A stretch of DNA of 64,000 bases. Origin: an uncultured delta proteobacterium (lineage in GTDB: Bacteria; Desulfobacterota; Syntrophobacteria; BM002). The position numbers and the translations under genes are program-made. The notes under the pieces were generated by a model. That model saw nothing but the letters and a program-made list of their open reading frames with translations. It was not told the origin of the DNA and ran no database searches. The stretch's first letter is position 1, and every line of letters starts with the position of its first letter. Where the stretch lies: positions 88 through 64,087 of the forward strand of contig CAVQGX010000039.1 in NCBI GenBank assembly GCA_963712115.1, in the 5' to 3' direction. Shown one piece after another: positions 1-9,378 of the stretch.

Positions 1-108
1 GAAGAGCAATACGGACTCTGCCGCTAGTGGGCAAAACCAGCGTCTTTCCTTTCCTATGGCTTTAGAACATTCAGGCTTTCCCTGCCCCGATCATTGCGCC
101 ATCAGGAA

Positions 109-1695
109 TCAGTAGGCTGCGGTCTCGATAAAACAACCGCCGCCCGATGCGCCCGGGTTATCTTTCTCAAAATTTGAGACAGAAACAGTTGTTGAATCAC
201 TAGACTGCAAACCGCCGTCATCTGTAACTATCAACTCGAAGATGAGTGGTTTGCCACCACTGTCATCAAAACCTGGAGCCTCAAAGGTCGGTTGATCATC
301 TGTGGGATCGGAAAAGGTAACCGAAGGCCCTGCTACCTGTTTCCACTGATATGATGCAATGCCATCATCAGGATCAGATGAATTTGACCCGTCCAGGGTG
401 ACTGTAGTTTTCTCGAGCACCGTCTGATCAGATCCAGCATTTGCTGTGGGAGGATCGTTCAGCCAGATCACATTGATAATGGCAGTATCCGTTGATTGCA
501 AACTGCCGTAATCGGTCACTGTTAACTCAAAGGTAAACGAATCACCATCTGATCCTACATTCGGTGCCGAGAAGGTGGGTTGAACTGCCTCGGGATTAGA
601 TAAACTAACTGACGGCCCTGTTACCTGTTTCCAGCGATAAAACTCAATACCATCATCAGGATCAGATGAATTTGACCCGTCAAGGGTGACTTTAGCTTCC
701 TCGAGCACCGTCTGATCAGATCCAGCATTTGCTGTGGGTGGGTCGTTTTCCCCGGTAACATTGACAACAGTAGTATCGGTATCTAGCAAACCACCAAAAT
801 CAGCAACCGTTAACTCAAATTTAAGTGATTTTGATTTGCTGTCTAAAACACTAGGGCTCGTAAAGGTGGGTTTAATCGCCCTAGGATTAGATAAACTAAC
901 TGACGGTCCTGATATCTGTTTCCACTGATAAAACTCAATACCGTCATCAGGGTCAGATGAATTTGACCCATCTAGCCTTACTGTAGTTTCCTCGTCCACA
1001 TTCTGGTCAGGTCCCGCATCTGCCGTGGGTGGATCGTTTTCCCCGGTAACATTGACAACAATGGTATCGGTAGCTTTCAAACCACCAAAATCAGTAACCG
1101 TTAACTCAAATTCAAGTGATTTTGATTTGCTGTCTAAAACACTAGGGCTCGTAAAGGTGGGTTTAATCGCCTGAGGATTAGATAAACTAACTGACGGTCC
1201 TGTTACCTGTTTCCAGCTGTAAGAATCAATCCCATCATCAGGATCAGATGAGTTTGATCCATCTAGCCTGACTGTGCTTTTCTCGAGCACCGTTTGATCA
1301 GGTCCCGCATCTGCCGTGGGTGGATCATTACTTTCTATATCAAATACGTGGACTTTCGTCTCATCAGTATCTTTTTTGCCTGAAGTGGATATGACTGTCA
1401 GTTTAAAGGTAAGTGTCACGTCCTTTGAAATCTGAGGGGCAGTGAAACTCGCTATAGCTTCGTCCGCTTTCTGCAATACAACCCGTGGCCCTTTTTTGAC
1501 CTGTTGCCATTGATAAATGTCAATGCCACCTTTAAGCTTCGATTCAGATCCATCCAAAATTACCGTGTCACCCTCATCCACGGTTTGGTCTGGTCCTGCC
1601 TTAGCCTTTGCGAAAGCTTGTGAGGCTGAAAAAGTATGGAAGAGAAAAATGAAGAGGAAAGTGGTTAAGAAACGTGTTTTCATCAACATAACCAT
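109..1695 (-). CDS. Secreted multi-PKD-repeat protein ending in a CFI-box-like C-terminal motif
   Basis: 528-aa ORF with an N-terminal signal peptide (MKTRFLTTFLFIFLFHTFSASQAFA). It has five ~96-97 aa repeats of the type DPPTA[DN]AG[PS]DQTV..LDGSNSSDPDDGI..Y.WKQV.GP, which are PKD/KIAA0319-like Ig repeats. The last four repeats are also near-identical at DNA level, with a period of 288-291 bp. The protein ends GGGCFIETAAY-stop. Confidence 0.8.
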   Translation of the reverse strand: MVMLMKTRFLTTFLFIFLFHTFSASQAFAKAKAGPDQTVDEGDTVILDGSESKLKGGIDIYQWQQVKKGPRVVLQKADEAIASFTAPQISKDVTLTFKLTVISTSGKKDTDETKVHVFDIESNDPPTADAGPDQTVLEKSTVRLDGSNSSDPDDGIDSYSWKQVTGPSVSLSNPQAIKPTFTSPSVLDSKSKSLEFELTVTDFGGLKATDTIVVNVTGENDPPTADAGPDQNVDEETTVRLDGSNSSDPDDGIEFYQWKQISGPSVSLSNPRAIKPTFTSPSVLDSKSKSLKFELTVADFGGLLDTDTTVVNVTGENDPPTANAGSDQTVLEEAKVTLDGSNSSDPDDGIEFYRWKQVTGPSVSLSNPEAVQPTFSAPNVGSDGDSFTFELTVTDYGSLQSTDTAIINVIWLNDPPTANAGSDQTVLEKTTVTLDGSNSSDPDDGIASYQWKQVAGPSVTFSDPTDDQPTFEAPGFDDSGGKPLIFELIVTDDGGLQSSDSTTVSVSNFEKDNPGASGGGCFIETAAY

Positions 1696-1960
1696 AGTTG
1701 TGTTTTATTCAACTGATTAGATATTCAGCACCTATTCTGAGATTACAGAGTGATCTGAAATCGAGGACATTAGAGTGCAGGAATGTGACTTGTGTAATTA
1801 TCTGTCAAAAGTAAGCAGAAATTTGCACATAACCTTCTCAAATTATTATCTAAAAATCAATGAGTGTCAAGGGAGAGAAGCTTTTTTTTGGCAAAGACTC
1901 GATGGTTGAATAGGAGAGAGCGATCTTAACTAATGATGGGTAATGTAAACTGATCTCGAT

Positions 1961-2073
1961 AACTGCGAAAGTGTGGATTCCCTTAATCGCCACTTTCGGG
2001 TCTGGAGCGTATGATACTACATGTTGGGACGGGGCAAAACGGGCGTGAATGTGGATTAAAGTATGTATTCACA
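1961..2073 (+). repeat. Junction element copy 1 (lox/dif-like A and B sites)
   Basis: The A site is degenerate: TGTGGATT-CCCT-TAATCGCCA at 1972-1992. The B site is TGTGGATTA-AAGTATG-TATTCACA at 2050-2073. By eye the ~110 bp are about three-quarters identical to copy 3 (6741..6854). It lies in the gap after the ypfJ stop. Confidence 0.7.
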
Positions 2074-2190
2074 GCTTTGCAGTGATCAAGGTGAGGTTCG
2101 ATTTCCTGTCAGGACCATCGTCGAACCGATTCACGAAGTCTTCGAAACCCTGTCGCGTCTCACTGTTTCCCATTAACATCTCTAACAAGT

Positions 2191-3243
2191 TCATGAGTTG
2201 CCTCCTTTGAAATCTTCTGACAACCCAACCTTCCCTGCACGGGGCATACGAATCGCTCGACTCAGAAAAGAAGCATCCCTGGCGAAGTAAGTTGAATGGG
2301 TCCGTCGCTGGAACAACCATCCCCCCAGGGTGATCAGCCTCCCTCGGCTGGGGCGAATGGTTTCCGGCGGAGAAATATCTCCTAGCCGCTCAGCATTGAA
2401 GGTGTCGCACGCCTGGGGAACGCAGGACTCGAGCCCACGCCGAAACCAGCGCACCCGCTGGGCCGAAGTCCCGTGGGTAAAACCGTCTGGCACCACATAG
2501 CCCTGCGTCCGCCGCTGGATGCGGTCGTCGCCAATGGCGCTGGCTGCGTTCAGGCCTTCCTCGATGTCTCCGGCCTCAAGAATCTGGCGGGTCTTATTGG
2601 CCCGGTAAGCCCAAACCCCCGCGAGACAGTCGGCCTGCAGTTCCATCCTGACGGACAATTGGTTCGTTTCGGAAGGGCTGACCCGTGACCCGAGTGTGCT
2701 CACCTTCTGAGAGATACCCAGAAGGGTCTGGACATGATGGCCCACCTCATGGGCGATCACATAGGCCTGAGCGAAATCCCCCGGAGCCCCGAACCGCGCC
2801 CTCAGGTCTTCGAAGAAGCTCAGGTCGAGGTAGACCTTCTGGTCGAGCGCGCAATAAAAGGGCCCTACTACAGAGCCGGCGATGCCGCACGCCGACTCGA
2901 CAGCCCCCGAAAACAAGACCAGCGTTGGCGGTCGGTACGTCCGCCCCATTTTGCCAAAGGCTTCGTGCCAGACGTCTTCGGTATCGGCCGGGACCACGGC
3001 GACGAACTCCCGCAGTTCGTCGTTAACGCCGACTCGGCCACCCTGCTGAACGGAAACTGAGGGCGTCTGGATTTCTGGTCCTCCCTGCAACAGGACACTC
3101 GGGTCGATACCAAAAAACATCCCGACCAACACGATCACCAAGAGACCAAGCCCGCCTATACCACCTATCTTGGCGCCGCGAGGGATCGCCATTCCCCGGC
3201 GATCTTCGATGTTGTCGCTTTGGCGAGCACCCTTCCATCGCAT
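2191..3243 (-). CDS. ypfJ: YpfJ-family neutral zinc metallopeptidase with an atypical ~63-aa C-terminal extension
   Basis: The N-terminus MRWKGARQSDNIEDRRG matches the characteristic YpfJ start. It has an HEVGHH zinc motif and a family-typical end ...CDTFNAERL at about residue 287. The ORF then runs 63 more codons into AT-richer DNA. The gene body is visibly much more GC-rich than its surroundings. Confidence 0.85.
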   Translation of the reverse strand: MRWKGARQSDNIEDRRGMAIPRGAKIGGIGGLGLLVIVLVGMFFGIDPSVLLQGGPEIQTPSVSVQQGGRVGVNDELREFVAVVPADTEDVWHEAFGKMGRTYRPPTLVLFSGAVESACGIAGSVVGPFYCALDQKVYLDLSFFEDLRARFGAPGDFAQAYVIAHEVGHHVQTLLGISQKVSTLGSRVSPSETNQLSVRMELQADCLAGVWAYRANKTRQILEAGDIEEGLNAASAIGDDRIQRRTQGYVVPDGFTHGTSAQRVRWFRRGLESCVPQACDTFNAERLGDISPPETIRPSRGRLITLGGWLFQRRTHSTYFARDASFLSRAIRMPRAGKVGLSEDFKGGNS

Positions 3244-3634
3244 GTTGTTTTTCCTTTCTATTTATCGGTGTCTCTTGCTCGTCGTATCTGCATAGATCCA
3301 AGCATGAGGAGTGAATCTTGACGTTGTTCCGTTCTCGGAATTCTTTCTGACACCCCGGACCCATTTCAAGAATTGAGGGAATGATACATCCAAGGCACCC
3401 CTTGCTTGGTGTAATACCAGTGATGGCCTACATATTTTTAACTTATAGAAGTACGAACAACCGATCTGGATTAGCGCGCCGAAATAGGAGAATTAAAACT
3501 ATATTTAATATACCCCAAGAGACCAGCTTATGCAAATACATAAGAGCACCATATTACATATCGTTTATCAATAACCCTAAACTACCCGCAGGCAATCAGT
3601 GAGAAAGTGAGGTGGCAGCATGGAGGGGTGGAAG

Positions 3635-3746
3635 CAGAGTGTGGATAACATCCCTTAATTCACACTTTAACCTCTGGGAAGAACACTACCACATCTTGGG
3701 GCAGGTCGGAAAGGGCAAGAGTGTGGATTAAAGTATGTAATTCACA
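3635..3746 (+). repeat. Junction element copy 2 (best-preserved A and B sites)
   Basis: A site TGTGGATAA-CATCCCT-TAATTCACA at 3640-3664. B site TGTGGATTA-AAGTATG-TAATTCACA at 3722-3746. The arms are the same 9-bp inverted repeats, but the 7-bp centres differ. It lies after the stop of the ExeA-like gene. Confidence 0.75.
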
Positions 3747-4636
3747 TTCTTGTCGAACAAACAAGGAACAATACACATAGAAGATAATACTCCGGATACA
3801 AAACTGCAGGAAACTTACCATCCGAACTAGAAGGTCTGAAGCAGAAGACTCAGTATAGTAAGAATTTTGCTCAATTTTTTTAAAGCTCAAAAATATCTAG
3901 TAGGCTGAGACGTAATTTTGACTCTAATTTTCAACTGCCTTCTGGGATGAAGATCCACTCGCAGTATTCGGCTGAGATTTCGACACCACAGTTTGTGAGG
4001 ATATACTCTTCGGAATGGGAATTTTAGATCTGACGTATTGTCGATACTTGTACTTACCAATAATCGAGTAAAGATTATTTTGAAGTGGTGAAGCTAATAT
4101 TGTTCCTACGGTTGTTAGCATCAGTATTAATATTAGGTAAATGGCTTTTCTTTTAAACGGAATAATTTTTTCTATCTGCTTAAGCGCTGGGCGATCTACT
4201 CCACTAAGTTTATCTTCACCGGGTAAACTTAACTCCTTTGTACATTCATTAATGACCCTGCCATTGATACTTTGGATGTCACTTATATATCCAGACAAAA
4301 GGGCATAGTCACAAATAACATTTATTTTGCGAGGATAGCCCTTGGAAAAGGAATATATGCTATGAATTGCCTTTTGGGTGAAAATCTCTCTTCTTCCACC
4401 TGCAATCTTCAGACGATGTTCCACATATTGTTTCGTTTCGTTATTTGTCAAAGGATCTATGTTATGGCAAATGACGATTCTCTGCCTTAGGGCTCTAAGT
4501 GATTGTTTTGATAATAAAGTATTGAATTCACTCTGACCAACGAAAAAAATATTTAATAATTTGGTATCTGGTCGTTCAATATTAGAAATTAATCTAATTT
4601 CCTCTAATAACTCAAATGGAATACTCTGTGCCTCAT

Positions 4637-5913
4637 CACTGCTGTCCGGTTATAAGTAGTTAAAATTCAATGATAATTGATCACAGTTTGGCAACATGTG
4701 TTTTGTTGGTCCTGGGTCAAAGAGTTGCCATATATTTCGCCGACTAAAAAGGTTCAACTGCAGTAATTTAAGGATCTGAGAGAGGCCATAAGTCAGTTTT
4801 GCCCGGAATTTGTAGTAGGCAAGCAGAAGCAGCGTGACGATGGCAATCCAAATTTGTGTCATCACGGCATTCTTACTGGTGCCAAGGAAGCTCTTTATCT
4901 TCAAGTTTTGCTTGATCCACTTGAAAAAGAGCTCCACCTGCCACCTCTCTCGGTAGATATCGGCAATGGTCCGAGCTGAAAGATGAAAGATATTGGTGAG
5001 AAACACATAGTGCTGTCCGGTTTCTGGATCTCGATAGCCGACCCTCCTGAGTTGGAGGGGGCAATCCTTAGCTTTGGCACCCGTAAGCTCGATGGTCTGA
5101 TCCGAGGTCAGGCCCTTTGCCTTGATGACCTTGCGACGCTTAACAACCCTGTAGTTGATCCCTTTTTTTAGCCGGGTGACGAACAAGACCTTTTTGCCGG
5201 TAAGCTTATGCAACCAAGCAAAGTCCAGAAAAGCTCTATCCATAACCACCATGGACAAGGCAGGAAGCCTCAGCAGTTTGGCCACTGTATTGTCAGCTAC
5301 TTTGGCAGTGGTGACTTTGATAAATGCGGGGATGTAGCCGTCATGGTCCAAGAGGGTATGCACTTTGATGCCGCCTTTGGTGGTGCGAAAGGCGGCCCAC
5401 GGGAAAAGCGAAAGACAGAGATCTATCACGGTAGCATCAAATGAGTACAGCTTGTTTTTAAACCGAAACTTCTTTCTCGGCGCATGGGCCGCACATTTGG
5501 CGTACTGGTGGGAAAAGAGAGCTTCAAAGAACTCGGCTGGCCTTTTGTTATTGGCATCGGCAAGAGTGGTCCGCTTCACACTATTCACTCCCAGATGGTA
5601 AAGCTTGGCCCCATTGAATTTGAAATGCTGAACAATATCACGCAAGCTGGCTCTACCAGTGATCTGAGCAAACATCATGACCACAAACTGGCTCCAGCGG
5701 TCCAGGGTGCGATACTTACGCTTGGGTCGAAAGCCGTTTTTCTCGATCTGTCGAAAATCATGTCTGTTAAGAAGATCAAGCAACTGATGGAAGATTGTGT
5801 TAGAATGTGCCATGGCCTGAATCTCCTTTCGCGTCAGTGGGTTAGCGGTAACCGCACTATAACACGAAAGCCTGGATTCGGGCCTATTCTACTTTCTTAA
5901 CTGGACAGCAGTG
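4637..5913 (-). mobile_element. IS4-family insertion sequence (1277 bp) with 16-bp terminal inverted repeats and a 9-bp target-site duplication
   Basis: The left inverted repeat is CACTGCTGTCCGGTTA at 4637-4652. The right inverted repeat, reverse-complemented, is CACTGCTGTCCAGTTA at 5898-5913. The direct repeat GTGCCTCAT occurs at 4628-4636 and 5914-5922. There is a single transposase ORF inside. Confidence 0.9.
4650..5813 (-). CDS. IS4-family DDE transposase (DUF4372-type N-terminus)
   Basis: 387-aa ORF. The N-terminus FHQLLDLLNRHDFRQIEK..DRWSQFVVMMFAQITGRASLRDI and the C-terminal YRERWQVELFFKWIKQNLKIK are typical of IS4-family transposases. Confidence 0.85.
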   Translation of the reverse strand: MAHSNTIFHQLLDLLNRHDFRQIEKNGFRPKRKYRTLDRWSQFVVMMFAQITGRASLRDIVQHFKFNGAKLYHLGVNSVKRTTLADANNKRPAEFFEALFSHQYAKCAAHAPRKKFRFKNKLYSFDATVIDLCLSLFPWAAFRTTKGGIKVHTLLDHDGYIPAFIKVTTAKVADNTVAKLLRLPALSMVVMDRAFLDFAWLHKLTGKKVLFVTRLKKGINYRVVKRRKVIKAKGLTSDQTIELTGAKAKDCPLQLRRVGYRDPETGQHYVFLTNIFHLSARTIADIYRERWQVELFFKWIKQNLKIKSFLGTSKNAVMTQIWIAIVTLLLLAYYKFRAKLTYGLSQILKLLQLNLFSRRNIWQLFDPGPTKHMLPNCDQLSLNFNYL

Positions 5914-6613
5914 GTGCCTCATCAATTATCAGTAAAGTTTTCTTTCCATTTTTATACAGAAAATGTAAATACTTAGTAAAAGTTGAAATGAAATCTCCTT
6001 TATTGTCAAATTTTCTATTTATACCGAGGCTATGGGCCAAATAATTGAAGAATTCTAAACGCTCCAATTTTGGATCCGAAATTGTGGCAACGAGAACATT
6101 ATCCTCCAGACCTTTTACAAGAGCGTTTACTAGTGTGGTCTTGCCAGTTCCTACATCACCGGTGAGTAAAAGAAGTCCAACATTATTCAAAATGCCATAC
6201 TTTAGAAAAGCCAAAGCTTCTTTATGCTTTTCACCCAACCAAAGAAATTTTGGGTCCGGACTTATCGAGAAAGGCTTTTCAGTCAAATGGTATTGTGCTT
6301 CGTACATTACTAGATGCTTTTTCCACTCCGCAGTTATCTCTTAACCTTTTCTTGTAAACACTAGAAAGAAAGCGACGGCTATGAAAAGAGTAATTACGTA
6401 AGAGTCTGTCATAATAGAGCCCTTTTTTAAAAGAGTGGAGCTATCTATCCCTTATTGCTAGTAAACTAGTACAACAACTATGCCATAAGGTTGAATTGGA
6501 ACAATCATCATTTATTTCAATTACTTAAATAACACCATGGAAATAATTTGTATCCAGATCATGGCAATCACGGTTATTTTTTGGGAAAATTTATGCCAAT
6601 TAGTAGGATTTTT

Positions 6614-6637
6614 TTACGTTTTTACGTGCATACGTAA
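6614..6637 (+). promoter_or_regulatory. TACGT-repeat motif (candidate transcription-factor site), copy 1
   Basis: TTACGTTTTTACGTGCATACGTAA. By eye it matches the reverse complement of 10019..10040 (GCTTACGTTTTTACGTATATACG) at about 20 of 22 positions. It lies about 300 bp upstream of the ExeA-like start. Confidence 0.2.
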
Positions 6638-6740
6638 AGATATGAGTACTGCACGTAGGCAATTAGGGGAAAAACTGAGTGGGCAATACGGACGGGTTTG
6701 AGTGCATATGGGATCGAAAAATCTGAAGACGCCCCCCAGT

Positions 6741-6854
6741 GCAAAACTGCGGATTACATCCTGAAATCACCACTTTCGGCCTTGGAGAGCATAATACTAC
6801 ATGGAGAGGTGGTCAAAAAGGGGCGTTACTGTGCATTAAAGTATGTAATCTTCA
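6741..6854 (+). repeat. Junction element copy 3
   Basis: A site TGCGGATTA-CATCCTG-AAATCACCA at 6748-6772. B site TGTGCATTA-AAGTATG-TAATCTTCA at 6830-6854. It ends 25 bp from the LuxR-family stop codon. Confidence 0.7.
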
Positions 6855-7378
6855 GTCAGTCCAGAAGGTCAACGTAGCTTAGGTCTGAGTGTGGAGGTTT
6901 TCCTTGGCCCAAAGGGCTGCCTCCAGGCGATTGGTGACCTTGATCTTTTTGTATATGTTGTAAAGATGGGTCTTGACTGTATGACGGCTAATATAAAGTT
7001 TTTCACCTATTTCCATGTTCATTGCTCCCCGTGCAACCAAATTCACTATCTCGATCTCTCTTCCCGAAAGCACAGATGTTTCATTCCCAGATAATACTTT
7101 TGCGTTCTCAATTTCGGGAATGAATTTAGACAGAATCTCACGGGAGATCCAAATCTCCCCTTTCAAGAGTGCACGAATTCCTTTATCAAGGTTGCCCGGG
7201 TGATCATTGGCATAAAAGATGCCCTTTACTCCTCTTATCACGAGCTCTTCCTCAATTCTCAGCCCTCGGATCAAGTTGAAGACCGCCATTAAGTCCGAGG
7301 TGCCCAAATCACAATAGCAAGCTTCAACCTCAAGGAAGAGTCTTTCGTGGTCTTTGGCAAAGCAGTCGAGGAGTACTA

Positions 7379-8497
7379 GTATCTAGTTGCATAAATCAGA
7401 GTAATTTTTACTGAGCCTTTTCGGATAAACTTCTCGCTTTCGCCACTCGAAAGGGGCAGCCTCTCTGTTATAGGTGGCAACGAAAAGGTCGATAGCATTA
7501 CGAACCTGTTGTGGTGAGGTGAAACTAGCACCTTTGAGCGTTCTGCGGCTGAGGATGCTGAACCAAATCTCAATCTGGTTTAGCCAGGAGGCGTGGGTTG
7601 GCGTGTAGTGAAAGCACACTTTTTTGTGGCGAGCCAACCAGACATCGTGCTTTGGTTTATGGGTGTTGAGATTATCCAAGATCACGTGAATCTCCTGGTC
7701 GGGATAGTCAGCAATGACTTCGTTCATAAAATCGAGAAACTCCCGACGTCGCCGCCGTTTGTAGTGGCCGGCTTTGACCTGTCCTGTGGCCACATTCAAG
7801 GCGGCGAACAGGGTGGTGGTTCCGTGTCGCTTATAGCCGTGGCTGAAACCGGTAAGGGCTTTGCCATTGGGAAGCCTAAGCCACCCCTGGGCTCGCTCCA
7901 GTGCCTGGATGTGAGGCTTTTCATCCACACAGATCACAACCGCACTGTCAGGGGGCTCCAGGTAAAGACCAACGATGTCTGCCGCCTTCGGCGCAAATTC
8001 AGGGTCTGTACTGATACACCACGATCGTCGACGCTGCAAATGGATGCCATGCCGCCTGAGCACCCGCCACACCTGGTGTTTGGAGACATCTCCCAGCGTC
8101 TTGGCCAATAAGCTCCCACTCCAGGTGGCATGCCCGGCGGGAGGTTCACCGTCAACTGCCTCCAAGATCCTTCTGTCGGTGGTATCGTCATAGACCTTGC
8201 GAGCACCAGAACGCGGTGCATCTTGCAGAGCTGCCATACCGTCTTTGGCAAAGCGAGTTCGCCATTTGCTCACGGTAGCCGGCCGCACTTTAAGGTTCTC
8301 GGCAATCACCTTGGTAGCTTCTCCTTTCGCAGCCGAGAGAATAATCTGCGCTCGCAATACCAACCGCTGTTCGGTCTTGCTTGAGCGAACCCACTGCTCC
8401 AGCGTTCGCTTGTCCTCTGCTGTCAATTTGATGGGGATTGCTTTTCTACTCATGCAACCCCATATACTATATAGCGCTAAATTGTGCAACTAAATAC
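7379..8497 (-). mobile_element. IS630-family insertion sequence with a TA target duplication
   Basis: The imperfect terminal inverted repeats are GTATCTAGTTGCATAAATCAG (7379-) and, reverse-complemented, GTATTTAGTTGCACAATTTAG (-8497), matching at 17 of 21 positions. TA is present at 7377-7378 and at 8498-8499. The reconstructed empty site restores the host reading frame. Confidence 0.8.
7383..8453 (-). CDS. IS630-family transposase (HTH plus DDE_3)
   Basis: The ORF spans 7383..8489, and the likely start is MSRKAIPIKLTAEDKRTLEQW at 8453. Motifs HGTTTLFAALNVATGQV, VILDNLNTHK and HASWLNQIEIWFSIL are typical of IS630/Tc1-like DDE transposases. Confidence 0.85.
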   Translation of the reverse strand: MSRKAIPIKLTAEDKRTLEQWVRSSKTEQRLVLRAQIILSAAKGEATKVIAENLKVRPATVSKWRTRFAKDGMAALQDAPRSGARKVYDDTTDRRILEAVDGEPPAGHATWSGSLLAKTLGDVSKHQVWRVLRRHGIHLQRRRSWCISTDPEFAPKAADIVGLYLEPPDSAVVICVDEKPHIQALERAQGWLRLPNGKALTGFSHGYKRHGTTTLFAALNVATGQVKAGHYKRRRRREFLDFMNEVIADYPDQEIHVILDNLNTHKPKHDVWLARHKKVCFHYTPTHASWLNQIEIWFSILSRRTLKGASFTSPQQVRNAIDLFVATYNREAAPFEWRKREVYPKRLSKNYSDLCN

Positions 8498-8932
8498 TAG
8501 CTTGGGTTTAACACTCTCTTGATCATCCAATTCAACCACATCGTCGATAGTCTCTTTGACTACACAATTCGCACCTATCTCGGCCTCCAAAAAGGACGCC
8601 AGAAGCTCATTATTCACCCTACACGGTCCGATTACATATATCGTCCAGGATACTGAGTTCACTTGTCTCTTATCCTAACAGATTCACATGGGAGACTGCG
8701 GCAAGAGCTCTGTCTCCTCACCTGGAAGGTCAGGTTCCTCCCACTTGACTTTGCCGTTGAGCCAACCTCTCAGGAGAGGCTGCCATAAGTAATCCTCGTA
8801 TAATCTGAGTCACCATTTAAAACGACCGCCGAGTCGGCACCACAAATGCAACGGATTTAAGTTATACTGCAACCATACTCTCATAGTCACTGCCATTTCG
8901 GTGTATTTTGATTGTTATGCCAGCAGTTTCGT

Positions 8933-9172
8933 TCAATCATCAATGGTGTAACACCGTGTCCGCTGCAAACCCGGGATTCTATAGTCAGTTGAGTCTTCCT
9001 GGGTTAATAGGCAATGATGCAGTCCTTCTTTGAATTGATCTAGTTCATCACACGAAGCTGCGCACTCCAACTTGTTCTTTTCCAGACGTTCGCATTTAAG
9101 ACAGGGACTTCGTTTTTCTACCATAGGAGCCTTTCGGTTTCTCACCAAAATACTCTGCCTTGTTGTGTGCAA
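8933..9172 (-). CDS. Hypothetical small Cys-containing protein
   Basis: 79-aa ORF with a possible internal start at MVEKRSPCLKCERLEKNKLECAASCDEL. I recognised no family. It is co-oriented with its neighbours. Confidence 0.3.
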   Translation of the reverse strand: MHTTRQSILVRNRKAPMVEKRSPCLKCERLEKNKLECAASCDELDQFKEGLHHCLLTQEDSTDYRIPGLQRTRCYTIDD

Positions 9173-9378
9173 CAGAATCTATCGACATTCATGCTAAAGC
9201 TCCAGCAAACAATAATCATGCCAAATTAAGTAACTAAATTTATTTGGAAATATTTCAAAGGATTAGTCGATATACATCAGAAATTAGAAGGAACAAGATG
9301 GGAAACCAAGGTTATAAGGTTGGGAAAAAACTACCACATTGTGTTATTGATGAGTAATTCAACTTCGCTTCGATCAAA

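Larger units (their letters stand above)
3924..6307 (-). pseudogene. ExeA/GspA-like AAA+ secretion ATPase (PEP-CTERM-locus type), interrupted by an IS4-family element
   Basis: The N-terminal fragment (5914..6307) has Walker A (GDVGTGKT) and ends LLIIDEA. After the IS is removed, the frame continues precisely at 4636 as DEAQSIPFELLEEIRLISN... down to the stop at 3924. The 9-bp duplication GTGCCTCAT flanks the insertion. Confidence 0.85.
6879..8662 (-). pseudogene. VpsT/CsgD-like LuxR-family regulator (receiver-like domain plus LuxR HTH), interrupted by an IS630-family element
   Basis: The upstream fragment ends ...DQESVKPKLV. After the IS is removed at its TA target, the frame reads KPKLVLLDCFAKDHERLF...VKGIFYANDHPGNLDKGIRALLKGEIWISREIL...LSGREIEIVNLVARGAMNMEIGEKLYISRHTVKTHLYNIYKKI. 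The VKGIFY and GEIWISR motifs resemble the CsgD/VpsT family. Confidence 0.8.

Noticed and set aside
103-111. TGA right after CFIETAAY as a selenocysteine or read-through codon
   Set aside because: The same frame hits another stop 6 codons later. I see no SECIS-like hairpin, and no alternative frame resembles the expected CFI-box tail.
2069-2320. 83-aa minus-strand ORF overlapping the ypfJ tail
   Set aside because: I recognised no motifs. It overlaps both the ypfJ extension and the B site of junction element 1, so it is not supportable as a gene.
2473-3113. Several 70-113-aa ORFs on both strands inside ypfJ (2473..2688, 2685..3026, 2734..3060, 2868..3113)
   Set aside because: They are shadow ORFs, as expected in GC-rich coding DNA. 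They have Arg/Pro/Ala-rich low-complexity translations and overlap a gene with clear family motifs.
1961-6854. A and B sites as a degenerate CRISPR mini-array (two ~26-bp repeats separated by ~55 bp)
   Set aside because: There are only two repeats per locus and their central 7-8 nt differ systematically. The 'spacers' are conserved between loci. No cas genes are present.
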